Origin: Salisapilia sapeloensis CBS 127946
Taxonomy: Eukaryota > Protista > Oomycota
Direction of reading: 5' to 3'
DNA: 64,000 bases
NCBI GenBank assembly: GCA_023334545.1
Contig: JAADVB010000062.1
Span: 1-64,000 of the forward strand
A program made the translations under genes and the position numbers. Below are positions 1 through 11,357 of this stretch, piece by piece (positions within the stretch are counted from its first letter, which is position 1; every line of letters starts with the position of its first letter). The notes under the pieces were generated by a model that did not search any database, was not told the DNA's origin, and saw nothing but the letters and a program-made list of their open reading frames with translations.

Positions 1-1462
1 CACACTCGTGTTGGCCTGCAAACATAGGTGGTAAGCGTCTTTCGCTCCAACGGCAAAGAGCACCTTGTTCATCTCCTTTTCCGCTTCCAAGACACCAACG
101 TTCATCCGGAGCGCATAGTCGTCCGAGACAACCTGCTTCTCCGTTCCAGACAGACCGTCATGATGCTGCACAAGACCGACGCTCTTCTTGAGCTTATCCA
201 GTCCAGCAGTGAAAGGAGACGAGTGGATGGCGTCCAACTGCTTTAGCTGCTGAATCAATGAATTGGCAACACTTGCAAACTTTTTCAGAGCAGGTCGGCT
301 CGTATAAAATCCAGTCCAGTAGTCGTGTTCGTCCGAAGCGTACGGCATCAAGTCACTCGTGGTGACGCTCCAAGAGATGCCTTCCTGCTGCTTGAGGTGC
401 GTGTAGTACGTCAAGTTCGAGTACAAGACGTTGATTCGTCCGTCCTGGTTGGCGTAGTGAATCAGCTTGTCCATGTTCTTAAACCATCTCGCAGCATTGT
501 CATAGGCAAAGTCATCGCCCATGGGAATGAACAAGTGGCTGCCCCGTTGATGACTCGCTCGATCCTGACTGGTCTTGACGAACGCATCCACCTCGTCACA
601 CACGTTGAAGTTGTACAGCTCTGGATCGTCCTGCACTTCACGACCAGTCTTGCCGAACTGAAACTTTTCAGGAGGACCGTAGTGGTCAATGATTTCGCCC
701 GTGAATACTTGCTGGTGCTTGCCTCTCGACTTGCTTGGCCGCCAGACGAACTCTAGATCCTTATTCTTCATCCGCTTCTTCTTATCTTGGTAGTCCATCC
801 GAGCAAAGTAGAGCGCGTCAAAGTCGACGCCGGCCGAGAGAAGAGCTGCGTTCGTAGCGGAGTGGCCGAACGGATCAATCTGCCACCCAATGCGAGCTGC
901 GATGCCAAACTCCTCTTTAAGAAACTTATGTCCTAAAGCGGTTTGGTCCATCATCGCAGTGTAATGCGGAGTGGCTTCGTCGTGCATGACCCAGCCGCCG
1001 TTCGCAGTAAGGTCGAGTCGACCTTCCTTGACGAGCTTACGCACCGTCTCCTTCATCTCTGAACTCTGCTCATGCCACCAACGTTGGAAGAAGGACTGCT
1101 CGACGTACATAAAGGTCCGGTGCGGGTTTTGAAGCAGCTCAACGACGGCCGTATCGAGGATGAACTGCACCTTTTGCATGTAGTATTGGTCCACCGTGAC
1201 GATCCAGCCTCTATGGAAGACTGTAATGAACAAGAACAATGAAATGTGGGATCAAGTAGACGTACGGATCATCGTGCGAGTGCGGGATCAAGTGGACGTT
1301 GAGCTTGTCGGTGGCGATGTGGGGCGTGGTATCGTAGTGTCCGTCGACCGGAAGTTTCCACTTGGCTGGATCGCAATCTCCGGTCGTATCATTCAAGAAG
1401 GTGTCTGCTGCGACACAACCGCAGAATATTGCCAGGAGGAGCGAAAGTCGTAGAGCGTGCAT
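1..1462 (-). CDS. MAN2B1: Lysosomal-type alpha-mannosidase (GH38), 5' part only; runs off the left edge
   Basis: Signal peptide MHALRLSLLLAIFCGCVAA. Removing a 55-nt GT-AG intron (1211-1265) gives the Zn-binding motif NVHLIPHSHDDPGW, followed by an open frame with GGWVMHDEA and the nucleophile motif GWQIDPFGHS down to position 1. Confidence 0.95.
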
Positions 1463-2154
1463 CTTCGCTTGTTCGAGGGAGGACTGTGGTCGATGCAGAT
1501 CTTTTGGCTACCTTCCAGCGCTATACTCAGATCAAGACACTGTCAAGTCTCCAAGTTCGAAAAAAAGACACAAATTTGATGGCAATGCTGCTAATATTTT
1601 TTGTCGCCTGCTTTTCAGGACATGCTAGCCATGGCTGCTCACGACACACGTTACGTCGCAAGGCGTTTCTAATAGAATTCGGGGCGGGGCGCAGTCCATT
1701 CATGGAAGCGTCGTCGGATACGCTATCCTACTTCTACTACCATTGCCGCTGGACCTGTCCTGCGTCCGATCAAGTGAATATTTCGCCTGCAGCCAAAACT
1801 TTCCAAACAGTACCTTGAAGTGGATCTGCTAGCAGCTGGTCGACGTCGACCATTTGCGACACCAAGTCTACCCGAAGCGCATCCATCCCGTCCGGCCTAC
1901 TAGGTCGAACGAGTGCGCGCGAAACGACTCGTACCCGAGCGTTCGTAGCGGAAATATCCACCCGTACCCCAGTCGCCATCGTCGCCACCGTTTCTGGGAG
2001 CATCCGTCTGACAATGAGGATTCATGTGTGAAACGTTTCAGCACGTGTCCAATCACCGACGCCTTGGGGACAGAAAAATAACCAGACCATAGATAAACTG
2101 CCCATCGACGTCGCGGAGGAAGCGCGGTGGCAGTAGTATATAAATTTTTCAACC

Positions 2155-2745
2155 ATGCCGATCCTACTTCGACCCGATGCACCCAGTCCGACCGCGGAGG
2201 AGCTCGCACTGACACAGCCTCCGATCCCGAGTCGAACAAGGTCCAGTGGAAGCCATAAAATCCCGCTCCGTACCTATTCAATGCAGTCGATGCAGACGAA
2301 GCGCCGGCGGAGTACGATCAGCTCCGACATGGACTGGCGGAGAGGATCCAACCGGCACTCGCAACGGTCTCAGCCAGAGTCGACGATATGTATTTGCCCG
2401 AGGGTCGAGACGGCGGAGCATATCGAGGATATCAGTCGCAGCTGCCCCTTCCATAGTATGCAATACCTACGACACAAGCGCACCGGCACGCAGTCAACCA
2501 AATCCGTCGTCTCGCCTACGCATATGTCCGAGGAGATGCCTCAGATCGACGAAAACCGGCACTCGAAGGCTGCGATGATGACCATGATGGCAGACCGACA
2601 GCTCGCCGTGGTCGAGCGTGAGCTCCGTGCTTTTCGACGCACGTTCGCCGCCAAAGTAGTTCGAGGCGTCAAGAAATGGACGCATTCGCTCGGGACCAAG
2701 CGCCGGTACACCTCCGGCACATCCAACCTCCGCGCCACCGCTTGA
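2155..2745 (+). CDS. Hypothetical protein (196 aa, Ser/Arg-rich, predicted C-terminal helix)
   Basis: ATG-started ORF with GC-rich coding-like composition, convergent with the next gene; no recognisable domain. Confidence 0.5.
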   Translation: MPILLRPDAPSPTAEELALTQPPIPSRTRSSGSHKIPLRTYSMQSMQTKRRRSTISSDMDWRRGSNRHSQRSQPESTICICPRVETAEHIEDISRSCPFHSMQYLRHKRTGTQSTKSVVSPTHMSEEMPQIDENRHSKAAMMTMMADRQLAVVERELRAFRRTFAAKVVRGVKKWTHSLGTKRRYTSGTSNLRATA

Positions 2746-2904
2746 CGGAAAGTATGCTTCGCACGTGTCCTGTCGAATAGGAGGCGTACTATCATGTGCT
2801 CGATGGGGGTATATGTCAGTAGATGACGCTATTTACTCAGTCGCTTTGTTCACAATCCCACAAATTCAGGTTCATTTGAACGTTTTTCGATTTTACCCGT
2901 CTCT

Positions 2905-3223
2905 CTAAACTTGCTTGTTGCGTTTCGATGATGTCGCCATGTAGTAGAGGTACACGAGGAGGCATATGAGGGCGATGGAGAAGCCGATGGCGCCCGGGGC
3001 CAGAATCTACGTGGACGTTAACTCAAAGAAAAAGAAAAGAAAGATAAGAACGGACCTGATTCGCCATGCGGTCCGGGTCCACCTTGGGCTTGTCCTGGCG
3101 CTTCATGCGCTCACTCATCTTGGAGAAGCGCTCGCCCGCATAAACAGTCGGACCGAGGGTCACATTTCCCGCGGCCTGGTGCCCGTCACGGCGTTGTCCG
3201 ATGTTGCGATTACGCAGCTCCAT
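2905..3223 (-). CDS. Small single-pass membrane protein (89 aa, 2 exons)
   Basis: Exon 1 3223-3056 (MELRNRNIG...DRMANQ), 49-nt GT-AG intron 3007-3055, exon 2 3006-2905 (ILAPGAIGFSIALICLLVYLYYMATSSKRNKQV*). Splicing keeps frame and yields a clean C-terminal TM helix. Confidence 0.65.
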
Positions 3224-3349
3224 TTCTTTTGTCTTTTCTATACTGCAGTTTATATCACCTGCTGACCAGACCTCGAAGCGCGACAGCACACAGGTCGATT
3301 CCCTTCGAGACAAGGGATCTCATTTCTCAAGACCCTCGGAAGCACCAAC

Positions 3350-4903
3350 ATGAGCGAGTGGTGGGCATCGATCGGACAGCCCTTTGCCGACGCAGTCGTC
3401 TCGCTCAATGCGACGCAGCTCAAGGCTGCTGTGGCCAACACACCGAGCTCCTACTACGAGTACATTCGCGCCATCTTTGAAAGATCCCCGGAGCACGTGA
3501 TTGTCGAGACCGTGCTTATCTGCTTCGTCCTCTACATCACGCTCATTAAGCGCGATCGGCCTCGTGCCAAGGGACTCCAGCTCTCGGAAAAAGAGATCCA
3601 GGAGTTATGCGACGAGTGGCAGCCAGAGCCTCTCATCGCTCCCTCCAACCACACCGTCCACGACTCCCGTCCGCTCGGCATCGTTGAAAAGCGTCCGGAC
3701 ACCCACTTGAAGCTGCAGGGCCGGAGCCAGCCGCTGCTCAATCTTGCCACCTTTGACTTCCTCGGATTCGGCAGCCGACAGGAGCTGCAGGATGCCGCCA
3801 AGAAAGCCTTGACCAAGTACGGCTGCGGCTCCTGCGGTCCCAGAGGTTTCTACGGCACCATCGACGTGCACGAGACGCTTGAGAAGGACCTGTCGGAGCT
3901 CATGGGCACACCTGACACCATCACCTTCTCCGACACAGAAGCCACTGCCTCCACCGTCCTGCCAGCCTTTGCCAAGCGTGGCGACCTCGTCGTGTGCGAC
4001 GAAGGATGCAATGACTCGGTCCTCGTGGGCGTCAACCTCGCTCGCTGCACTGCCTTCTTCTACAAGCACAACGACCTGGACGATCTCGAACGAGTTCTCA
4101 AGGAAGTGCGCGACGGCGACAAGCGTGCCGGCCGAGGCTCGGACTGCCAGCGCCGCTACGTTGTCACGGAAGCCATCTTCCGCAACTACGGAGACATGCT
4201 CAACCTCCCTAAGGTCGTGGAGCTCTGTGAAAAGTACTACTTCCGACTGTTCTTGGACGAAGGCATGAGCATCGGTGTGCTCGGAAAGACCGGCCGAGGC
4301 ATCACGGAGCACTACGACATGGACGTCTCCAACGTCTCCATCATCTGCGGCTCTCTCGCTGCCTCTACTGCGTCCGTCGGCGGTTTCAGTACCGGCAAGA
4401 AGGAGGTGGTCGAGTACCAGCGCATCAACAGTGCTGGCTACGTCTTTTCTGCATCTGCACCTCCATTCACGTCTGCTTGTTCCTCTGAGGCGCTGCGTCT
4501 TATGAAGAAGGAGCCGCAGCTTTTCACCAAGCTCCGAGAGAACGCCTGCATCGTCCACGACACACTCTCGTCCAACCTATCTGACGACTTCACGATGCCG
4601 AACGACCGCGTTTCGCCTATCATCCACGTCCGCATTAGCAAAAACACGCTGCGAAAGGTTGCTGGAGAGAACGAGATCCAGCAACGCCTGATCGCGCGCA
4701 AGGTCTGCGACCTCGTCATGGACATGTGCATGGACAAGGGCGTTGCCGTCTGCTCTCCTCGCTACAAGACGGACCAAAAGCACGAGCCTTTCGCGAGCGT
4801 CCGACTGTCCGTGACGGCCATCCACGACCCGAAGCAGCTGGAGGAGGCAAGTAAGACGGTGGCTGAGACGCTTAAGACGGCGCTTAAAGAGATTTCCAAC
4901 TAG
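3350..4903 (+). CDS. SPTLC1: Serine palmitoyltransferase subunit 1 (LCB1)
   Basis: N-terminal TM helix, LNLATFDFLG, GCGSCGPRGFYGTIDVH (diagnostic LCB1 motif), YVFSASAPP; aminotransferase class I/II fold; 517 aa, no introns. Confidence 0.96.
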   Translation: MSEWWASIGQPFADAVVSLNATQLKAAVANTPSSYYEYIRAIFERSPEHVIVETVLICFVLYITLIKRDRPRAKGLQLSEKEIQELCDEWQPEPLIAPSNHTVHDSRPLGIVEKRPDTHLKLQGRSQPLLNLATFDFLGFGSRQELQDAAKKALTKYGCGSCGPRGFYGTIDVHETLEKDLSELMGTPDTITFSDTEATASTVLPAFAKRGDLVVCDEGCNDSVLVGVNLARCTAFFYKHNDLDDLERVLKEVRDGDKRAGRGSDCQRRYVVTEAIFRNYGDMLNLPKVVELCEKYYFRLFLDEGMSIGVLGKTGRGITEHYDMDVSNVSIICGSLAASTASVGGFSTGKKEVVEYQRINSAGYVFSASAPPFTSACSSEALRLMKKEPQLFTKLRENACIVHDTLSSNLSDDFTMPNDRVSPIIHVRISKNTLRKVAGENEIQQRLIARKVCDLVMDMCMDKGVAVCSPRYKTDQKHEPFASVRLSVTAIHDPKQLEEASKTVAETLKTALKEISN

Positions 4904-4949
4904 ACATGAACACAAATACCAAACAAAAGCATTTAGTCATTCGCGTTCT

Positions 4950-5335
4950 CTATGTAGACGTTTCTTTCTCGTGCTGCATCTCTTTCAGCAGCTCACCCTC
5001 TCGCTTCTCGCGGTACTTGGCAAACTCCTCGTCGTTCGTGTAGCTGTGCAGACACTCGTTCATGGCTCGATTTTGAGCTCGGCACTTGAAAATCACAGCC
5101 AAACTACTCTCTTTGGCGCACTCGGCGAACTTGCCCAGCACTTCATGACAATTCTGGATCGCAATGTCATTCAGCTCCTGTCGAATGCGCTACTCCGAAG
5201 ATAATGTCAATGCGTATTTTACGACAATAAATACTAGCGCTAAAATACATGTTCAGCCTGACTACTCCATTGCAGTCTCGAGGCCCGAAACTCGTTCTTC
5301 GCTCTCTCCTTGTCCACTGGTGTCTCCGTCACCAT
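4950..5335 (-). CDS. CMC1: Twin CX9C mitochondrial COX assembly protein (Cmc1-like), 108 aa, 2 exons
   Basis: Exon 1 5335-5249, intron 5190-5248, exon 2 5189-4950. Spliced sequence AEH|RIRQELNDIAIQNC-HEVLGKFAE-C...C-RAQNRAMNE-C has two CX9C motifs. Confidence 0.8.
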
Positions 5336-5452
5336 CGCTCGCTCTTGATTATCCGCGTTTCCTAGTCACAAGGCACGCTACCGGTACACATGCATTCAAA
5401 TCTGAAGAATTTGAGCCAATCAAAAGAAACTTTCAAATGTCTGATTCGAACT

Positions 5453-7858
5453 TCAACTAGTAGCTGCTGACGGATCGGTCTGATTGTCCGCCACGTTGCT
5501 TTGGTCCCAACTCCACCAACCACTGGTAGTACTAATGTAGTCCTGATAGAGTCGAGCAGCAACCTCGATAGAGTCGCCAATCTCAGTCGTCGGATACGCC
5601 TCTCTTCCCACTTGCCACTTCTTTTCAAAAGCTCGTCTCGCCATCGTCGCGCTGGTAACGTTCATCTCCCGCTCTTGCATCTTAGCCTCACATACTTCCG
5701 ATAGCCAGATGCGCCAGCGTTCGATATAATAGCCACGAACGAGTCCGCCCCACTCTTTCCCAGCATAATCATGCACTGTTTCGTTGTTGTTCTCGCCCCA
5801 CCGCGTCACTTGGTTGCGAGCTTCGTATTCATAGTACGCTTCCAGTGTAGAAGCATCGGATAGACTCATCATGTTAGTATTTCCATCCATCTTTGCCATA
5901 TCTTTAGCATCTTGGATCCAATGGCCGAGTAAAAAGTCCTCGTTCGTGGACAGGAGGACGTCAAGATCTGAAATAAGCTGCAGCATTCGGTCCTTTTGGA
6001 GACACACTGCATGCGCCGTGGATGTCTGGTTAAAGTACAGTTCTTTCAGCTTGACGTATGCCGTCAGGAGAGAGTCACTGAGGAACTGTCTAGCCACGTC
6101 CACGACATCGTGTCGGAATGCCTTGTTTGAAGTTAAGGCAGTATCCTTGGCAGCACGTATCATGAGCTGGTAGGCGTGTACGACTTGAAGTGGGTCGTAG
6201 CACAACGTAGTGGGCATAAATCCACTCCTGTCGAGATGCCAGTGCGGAATGAGCATCACAATGTTCTTCGTCACACCTCCATACCCTTTCGTACAGTTGT
6301 AGACTGACTGCCCCAGCACATCCCACGCAGCCAACGCCATATCGTTCAAAACGTGATATCTTCTGGCCGCGTAATTGGTTACATAGGTCTTTGCATTTAC
6401 AGCTTCTTCCTGCCATGCCATCTGAAGACTCAGGTCGTATACAATATAGTTCTGGAAGATGCCTTCCATCGTCAAGCCCATGCCAATCATCGTCCCATTG
6501 CTCTCATGACGAGACACGACAGGATCCGAAGCAATGGTAAGCAAGTCTCCTCGCATGCCTGTAGCTCCACCAAAGTTATGCAGGACGCAGTAGATCCAGC
6601 TCTTGCCAAAGTAATTGTCCATCTTCTTCCAGATCGGCTGCACTTCACTGTACAAGTCTAAGATGATCATATTGGTATCTGGAACGCCACTCAAGTACGC
6701 TTCCACCCGTTCCGACGTCCAGTACTCGCTTATGAAAAGCCATCCTTGCATGAGCCAAATGGCTTCAGGGTCCTGCTTTCGCATACTCTCGTACACTGCC
6801 TGTGAGGCCTGCATCAGCTCTCCAGTATCTGTCGTGTCAGGGTCCATCTCGTTGTACGTATCGCACTGGTAGACGCTGGAAGTGTAGTCATACACTTCCT
6901 TCTGTACTCTTATGAATGCTTTTCCAATCTCTTCATAGAGCGGGTCCGACGGTTGCAGCATGTATACGCAGCAGTGTTCAGGAGGGAAGTTGTTCCAGTT
7001 GGGGGAGCGAGTGAAAGACGCATTGGGATACTTGTACACAAGTTCTTCTGGTACGTGACCAGCAAACGCAGGCAGTGCTGGGATCATACCAAACGTCTTC
7101 ATCCGAGCCAAGATTTTTTTCTGAAGGTTGTACTGATTATCGATAAAGGCCTGAGGTAGAGGACCGTAGGGTCCCCAACTGCCCCGGACATTGCCCATGC
7201 GCCCCCATGCGAGGAAGGCGCTGCCGGCAAAGAATTTGTTCAGACCTTGGTCCGATACGTGGAACTCGTTCTGGAACACCTTTTGCCACACGTACTCTTG
7301 TCCGGTAAAGGCGAGTGGGAGGTTGATACCGTTAAGTGCCATCCAGTCAATGTGCTTTTCCCATTCGTCCCATCCCCAGGACCAGGTTGAGTAGCTGACG
7401 GTGCATACGTTCTGGTAGTACGTGTACTTGTCGGCTCTCTTCTGACGAATACGAGATGGGACGGACGGGAGCTGCGGAGGGAGGGTGAGCGGATGATTGT
7501 CCCAGTCCGTCTGTGTCCCCACAGAGGTTTTCAAGTACCACTGCAACGCATATGCCATTGTCGTACCAGAGCTTCCGGCGATTTCGACTTGATCGGCATG
7601 GGTGCCGATCTCAAAGACGTCCAGTCCATCCGCGTCTTTATCGATGAGTCTCAGCGAGATCTAGATCAAGTTAGATTCCTTCTTGCATACATGCAAATAT
7701 TCAAAAGATACCTGCTCGTTGTACTGATCGCCGAGGCGTCTTTGAATGAGCCCTCGCGTGACTGCAATCGGATCGTGTTTTGGTTCCTGTATCTGCACAT
7801 TTTGAGCAGACACACTGTGGTCTAGCAGCAGGAGCGACAGGAAGAGCAAAAGCCTCAT
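5453..7858 (-). CDS. NAGLU: Alpha-N-acetylglucosaminidase (GH89), 784 aa, secreted/lysosomal
   Basis: Signal peptide exon 7858-7712, intron 7661-7711. Motifs YYQNVCTVSYS, WEKHIDWMALNGINLPLA, catalytic DTYNEM and LTMEGIFQN, YEYEARNQVTRWG, DYAGKEWGGL. Confidence 0.97.
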
Positions 7859-8267
7859 GCAGGTATCTTGTATTTGCCTTGGAGTAGTTTGTGGAAAAAG
7901 CAGTTGTGTTGAACAAGGCGAAAGAAGAAGTGCATTCGATTCTTTCCTCCTAGCTTTGAACGCTACTGTCTCTACATATCCTACGACCCGACTGTCGGCA
8001 TTCATATCTCGAGGGTTCTATTTTTATCCATTGCATTCACCTTCCTCTCATCCGCTCCCAACGACGTCGCAGGTAGTACTCGGTATCTACCTCGAAAGCA
8101 TATCTTTCGTCATGTACCCATTTCCACCGCCTGGTCGTTGACAAGCAATGTAGAGCTCCACACCATTTTCGAATATATCGGGACAGAGGACGTCAAGAGG
8201 GACGCGACTGTGACACAAAGACCGAGTTTGAAATCACAACCGACAACTCGACGTCCCTGCCGTACTC

Positions 8268-9774
8268 ATGGACGCGACGGAGAAAGAGAGCAAGCCCAAG
8301 CGATCCGTGGACGTCTCCCAGACGCTGCGCAGGCGGCACTCTAAGTCCCCGGATAACAAAGCGCCCCATAGATCCGTCTCTCGGCGCAACTCGCCTGCGC
8401 AGGTGGATGCACCTCCGCAATCGCCATTGGGCAAGTTCCTCACACGAGTGCTCGTGGGTGCCGTCATGATCGGTGCATTCTCGCTCATCCTCTACGGCGG
8501 ACACATGTACGTCTGGATCATGGTCGTCGTGCTCCAGACTTTGCTCTTTCGAGAGCTTGTCAACGTCCGGTACAAGGCAGCTAGGGAAAAGAATATCCCA
8601 TGGTTCCGCTCCGTACAGGTAGCTGCAATGCATTATATCACAGTAACAAAAAAATTAACCATGTATCGATAGTGGATGTGGTTTGGCATCGCCCTCTTCT
8701 TTAGCTACGGAGAGTCCTTGGCCGAGTTCTTGGAAAGCCGAAAGATCCGCTTCGTCCCTCCGATCATCGGGCACTACCTGCGCTACCACACATGGATCTC
8801 ATTCACGCTGTACGCTTTGCTCTTCATGGTGTCCGTCCTGTCTTTAAAGAAGGGATATCTCAAGTACCAAATGGGGCAGTACACATGGACGATCGTGACG
8901 CTCGTGATCATCGTCTTCCAGATGAAGTACGTCCTCGTAAACATCTTCAACGGCCTCTACTGGTTCGTCTTTCCTGTCTCGCTCGTGATCTTCAACGACT
9001 GCTTTGCCTTCTTCTGCGGCAAGCTCTTCGGTCGAGCCTACATCAAGGCTCCTTTCCTCCGACTGTCCCCGAACAAGACGTGGGAAGGGTTTATTGGAGC
9101 CTTCATGTGCACCATCGTCTTTGCCTTCTTCTTCAGCGGTTGGCTAGCCTCCGTACGTCCATACTTGCATTCGCCTCGACATCACATTGCTAACTCTTTT
9201 CTTATGATAGTTTGACTGGATGATCTGTCCTCTCGAGAACTTCCAGGTACGATGAATCCAAACGATACTCTTATCCCGATGCTCACTACTATATTCTCTA
9301 GCTTACGCCAGAGCCATTGAGCTGTGTTGCGAAAGACGTCTTCCGCCCACAACTGATGGAGCTCCCGAAGGCACTCGCGATGATCCTGGGCAAGTCCAAG
9401 GTGGAGCTGCTTCCGATCCAGGTCCACTCGATCGTGTTTGCGAGTTTCGCGTCGATCGTGGCGCCCTTCGGAGGCTTCTTTGCATCTGCTATCAAGCGCA
9501 CCTACCGACTCAAGGACTTTGACAGTGTCATCCCAGGCCACGGCGGCGTCATGGATCGCATGGACTGCCAGTTCATCAACTCGTGCTTCACGACCGTCTA
9601 CTACAATACCTTCATTAGGTCCGTCCCTTACTCTTGTATCGTCTTCTGTCCACTCACTTGGCCTCTAGCTCTTCCACGCCGTCCGTGATCATGGTGCTCA
9701 ACCTCATCTCTCGGATGCCGACCGACGACCAGCACGAGCTCCTCCAGAAGCTCCAACAGCAGCTCCAACTCTAA
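8268..9774 (+). CDS. CDS1: Phosphatidate cytidylyltransferase (CDP-diacylglycerol synthase), 5 exons
   Basis: Multiple TM helices, NDCFAFFCGKLFG, LSPNKTWEGFIG, signature KRTYRLKDFDSVIPGHGGVMDRMDCQ. In-frame GT-AG introns at ~8619-8672, 9153-9210, 9247-9301, 9619-9668. Confidence 0.95.
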
Positions 9775-9818
9775 ACGAATGCAAAAGTAAAAAAGGTTTC
9801 GCAAGTGACCCTCGTTCA

Positions 9819-11249
9819 TTAATCTAAATAGAGCTGCAGCGGCTGTCGATGCATCTGACTGACGCTGTTCAGCACCCACTGGTAGTTGACCACCGCCACG
9901 TGATCCACACCCCACGTCTCCTGCCGCCTCTCCTTCTCCAGCTCCACCGCGAAATTCTTCAAGTCGATGGACCCCAACTTGTCCGACACGACCACCAGCG
10001 TCGTATCGGCGTCCTCCGCCTGCTCGTCTTCCTCCAGGACCGTCCCACCCCCCAGCTCCAGCAGCTGCTTGACGTCTGTCTGAGACGGCATGGGCGGGAA
10101 GAAGTCCCCAGACATGACGAACGTCAAGTCGGAAAAGAGGTCTGTGCCACCTGTCTCCCTACAACGCTGTCTCGCTCGCTTCGGTGCCTCTGAAATGTCC
10201 TTCCCTTTGGCATACCCCTCCACTTCATACTTTTCTTCATCCACGAGCTTCAAGGACAGAGCACTTTGATGCAGCCATTCCGGCGATACGATCCACAGAC
10301 CTCCCGCCAACGCCTTCAGGTATTTCATCGACCGCACTTTGGCCCACAGACCATCGCCCTCGCAGCTAGCGATCAAGTGCGTGACCTTGTCCGAGAATTC
10401 GTGGACGACCACGACATTGTCCAGCGTCGTCACGTCACTACGCACTTTCAGCATCATGTCGTCGCGAAGTCCAGAGCATAGGACCACGGTCTTGGCTTCC
10501 TCTACCACTTCTCTCTGGCTTGCATCCGAGTGAGACCTGTGACGCTGGCGAACGACTTGACTAGGCGCGTCCTGGGCCACGAGCGCCGACGGAGGATCGT
10601 GAATGTAAACCGGCGGCACGTGACTTTCCCTGCCGCCTGCCACCACGAACTTGATATTGTAGGTACCGTCTGCATGCACTTCTGTCACGAAAGCTGTACC
10701 GCCAGGCTTGTTCATTCCGGCCCACCTACGTTCGTCTACTTCCACGAGCTGTCCTCTCTCGAACCTGATGGGGTGATTACTATAGTCTACGCTCTCCACT
10801 GGTTTTGTCTTTTTTGTACGAGTCTCTTCCTTTTGCTCTACTTCCTTTTTCTTCTTTGGTGGAGGCTTTTCCTTCACGATTCTCCTCTTCCGTTTCGCCT
10901 TGGCCGGTGTCCGCTGATGCGTTGCGAAAGCGTCTTCACTAGTTTCTTTCGTAGATGACGCAGGACCTCCGGATGAAGTAAGAATTGCAGCCGATTTTTG
11001 CAGACTGTCGAGCTTGTGGTCGAACCGGAGCTTGCGCTTGACGGCCCGCGTCTTACAGATGGGACATTGCGGCTTCAGTTCGAGCGACCTGTGGATGCAC
11101 TCGAGGCAGAAACTATGATGACATGGCAATGAAGTCGGAGAGTCGTATGGCTGGAGACAGATTGCGCATTGTAACTGCGAGATGAAGCTGTCGACTGCAC
11201 TCCGCAGCGCCTGCAACACCTCCGGTACCTCTTCCTCCATTAACGACAT
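9819..11249 (-). CDS. BRCA1/BARD1-like protein: RING + Tudor-like domain + tandem BRCT
   Basis: C3HC4 RING (CAICLQ...PCHHSFCLECI...CPICK). Central beta-rich segment FERGQLVEVDERRWAGMNKPGGTAFVTEVHADGTYNIKFV. BRCT1 VVLCSGL...VTHLI...GLWIVSPEWL; BRCT2 LFSDLTFVM...LLELGGG...VNYQWVLNSV. Confidence 0.85.
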   Translation of the reverse strand: MSLMEEEVPEVLQALRSAVDSFISQLQCAICLQPYDSPTSLPCHHSFCLECIHRSLELKPQCPICKTRAVKRKLRFDHKLDSLQKSAAILTSSGGPASSTKETSEDAFATHQRTPAKAKRKRRIVKEKPPPKKKKEVEQKEETRTKKTKPVESVDYSNHPIRFERGQLVEVDERRWAGMNKPGGTAFVTEVHADGTYNIKFVVAGGRESHVPPVYIHDPPSALVAQDAPSQVVRQRHRSHSDASQREVVEEAKTVVLCSGLRDDMMLKVRSDVTTLDNVVVVHEFSDKVTHLIASCEGDGLWAKVRSMKYLKALAGGLWIVSPEWLHQSALSLKLVDEEKYEVEGYAKGKDISEAPKRARQRCRETGGTDLFSDLTFVMSGDFFPPMPSQTDVKQLLELGGGTVLEEDEQAEDADTTLVVVSDKLGSIDLKNFAVELEKERRQETWGVDHVAVVNYQWVLNSVSQMHRQPLQLYLD

Positions 11250-11357
11250 GCAGTTCTGTACGACTATATTTAGTGTCATAACTAAATATACACGTCACAA
11301 TTGCAGTAGAGCCTAATTCTACGCTTATTCGGCAGCATCTAATTCGCCTTGGAAGCC

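Noticed and set aside
1480-2150. Several short ORFs and splice-like sites on both strands between the mannosidase and the 2155 ORF
   Set aside because: No combination gave a convincing protein; candidate introns were too short (23-27 nt) or led to early stops. Probably a divergent promoter/UTR region, though a tiny gene is not excluded.
3605-4558. 317-aa antisense ORF over LCB1 (similar ones at 24222-24977 and 36412-37185)
   Set aside because: Shadow ORFs expected opposite GC3-rich genes; no motifs.
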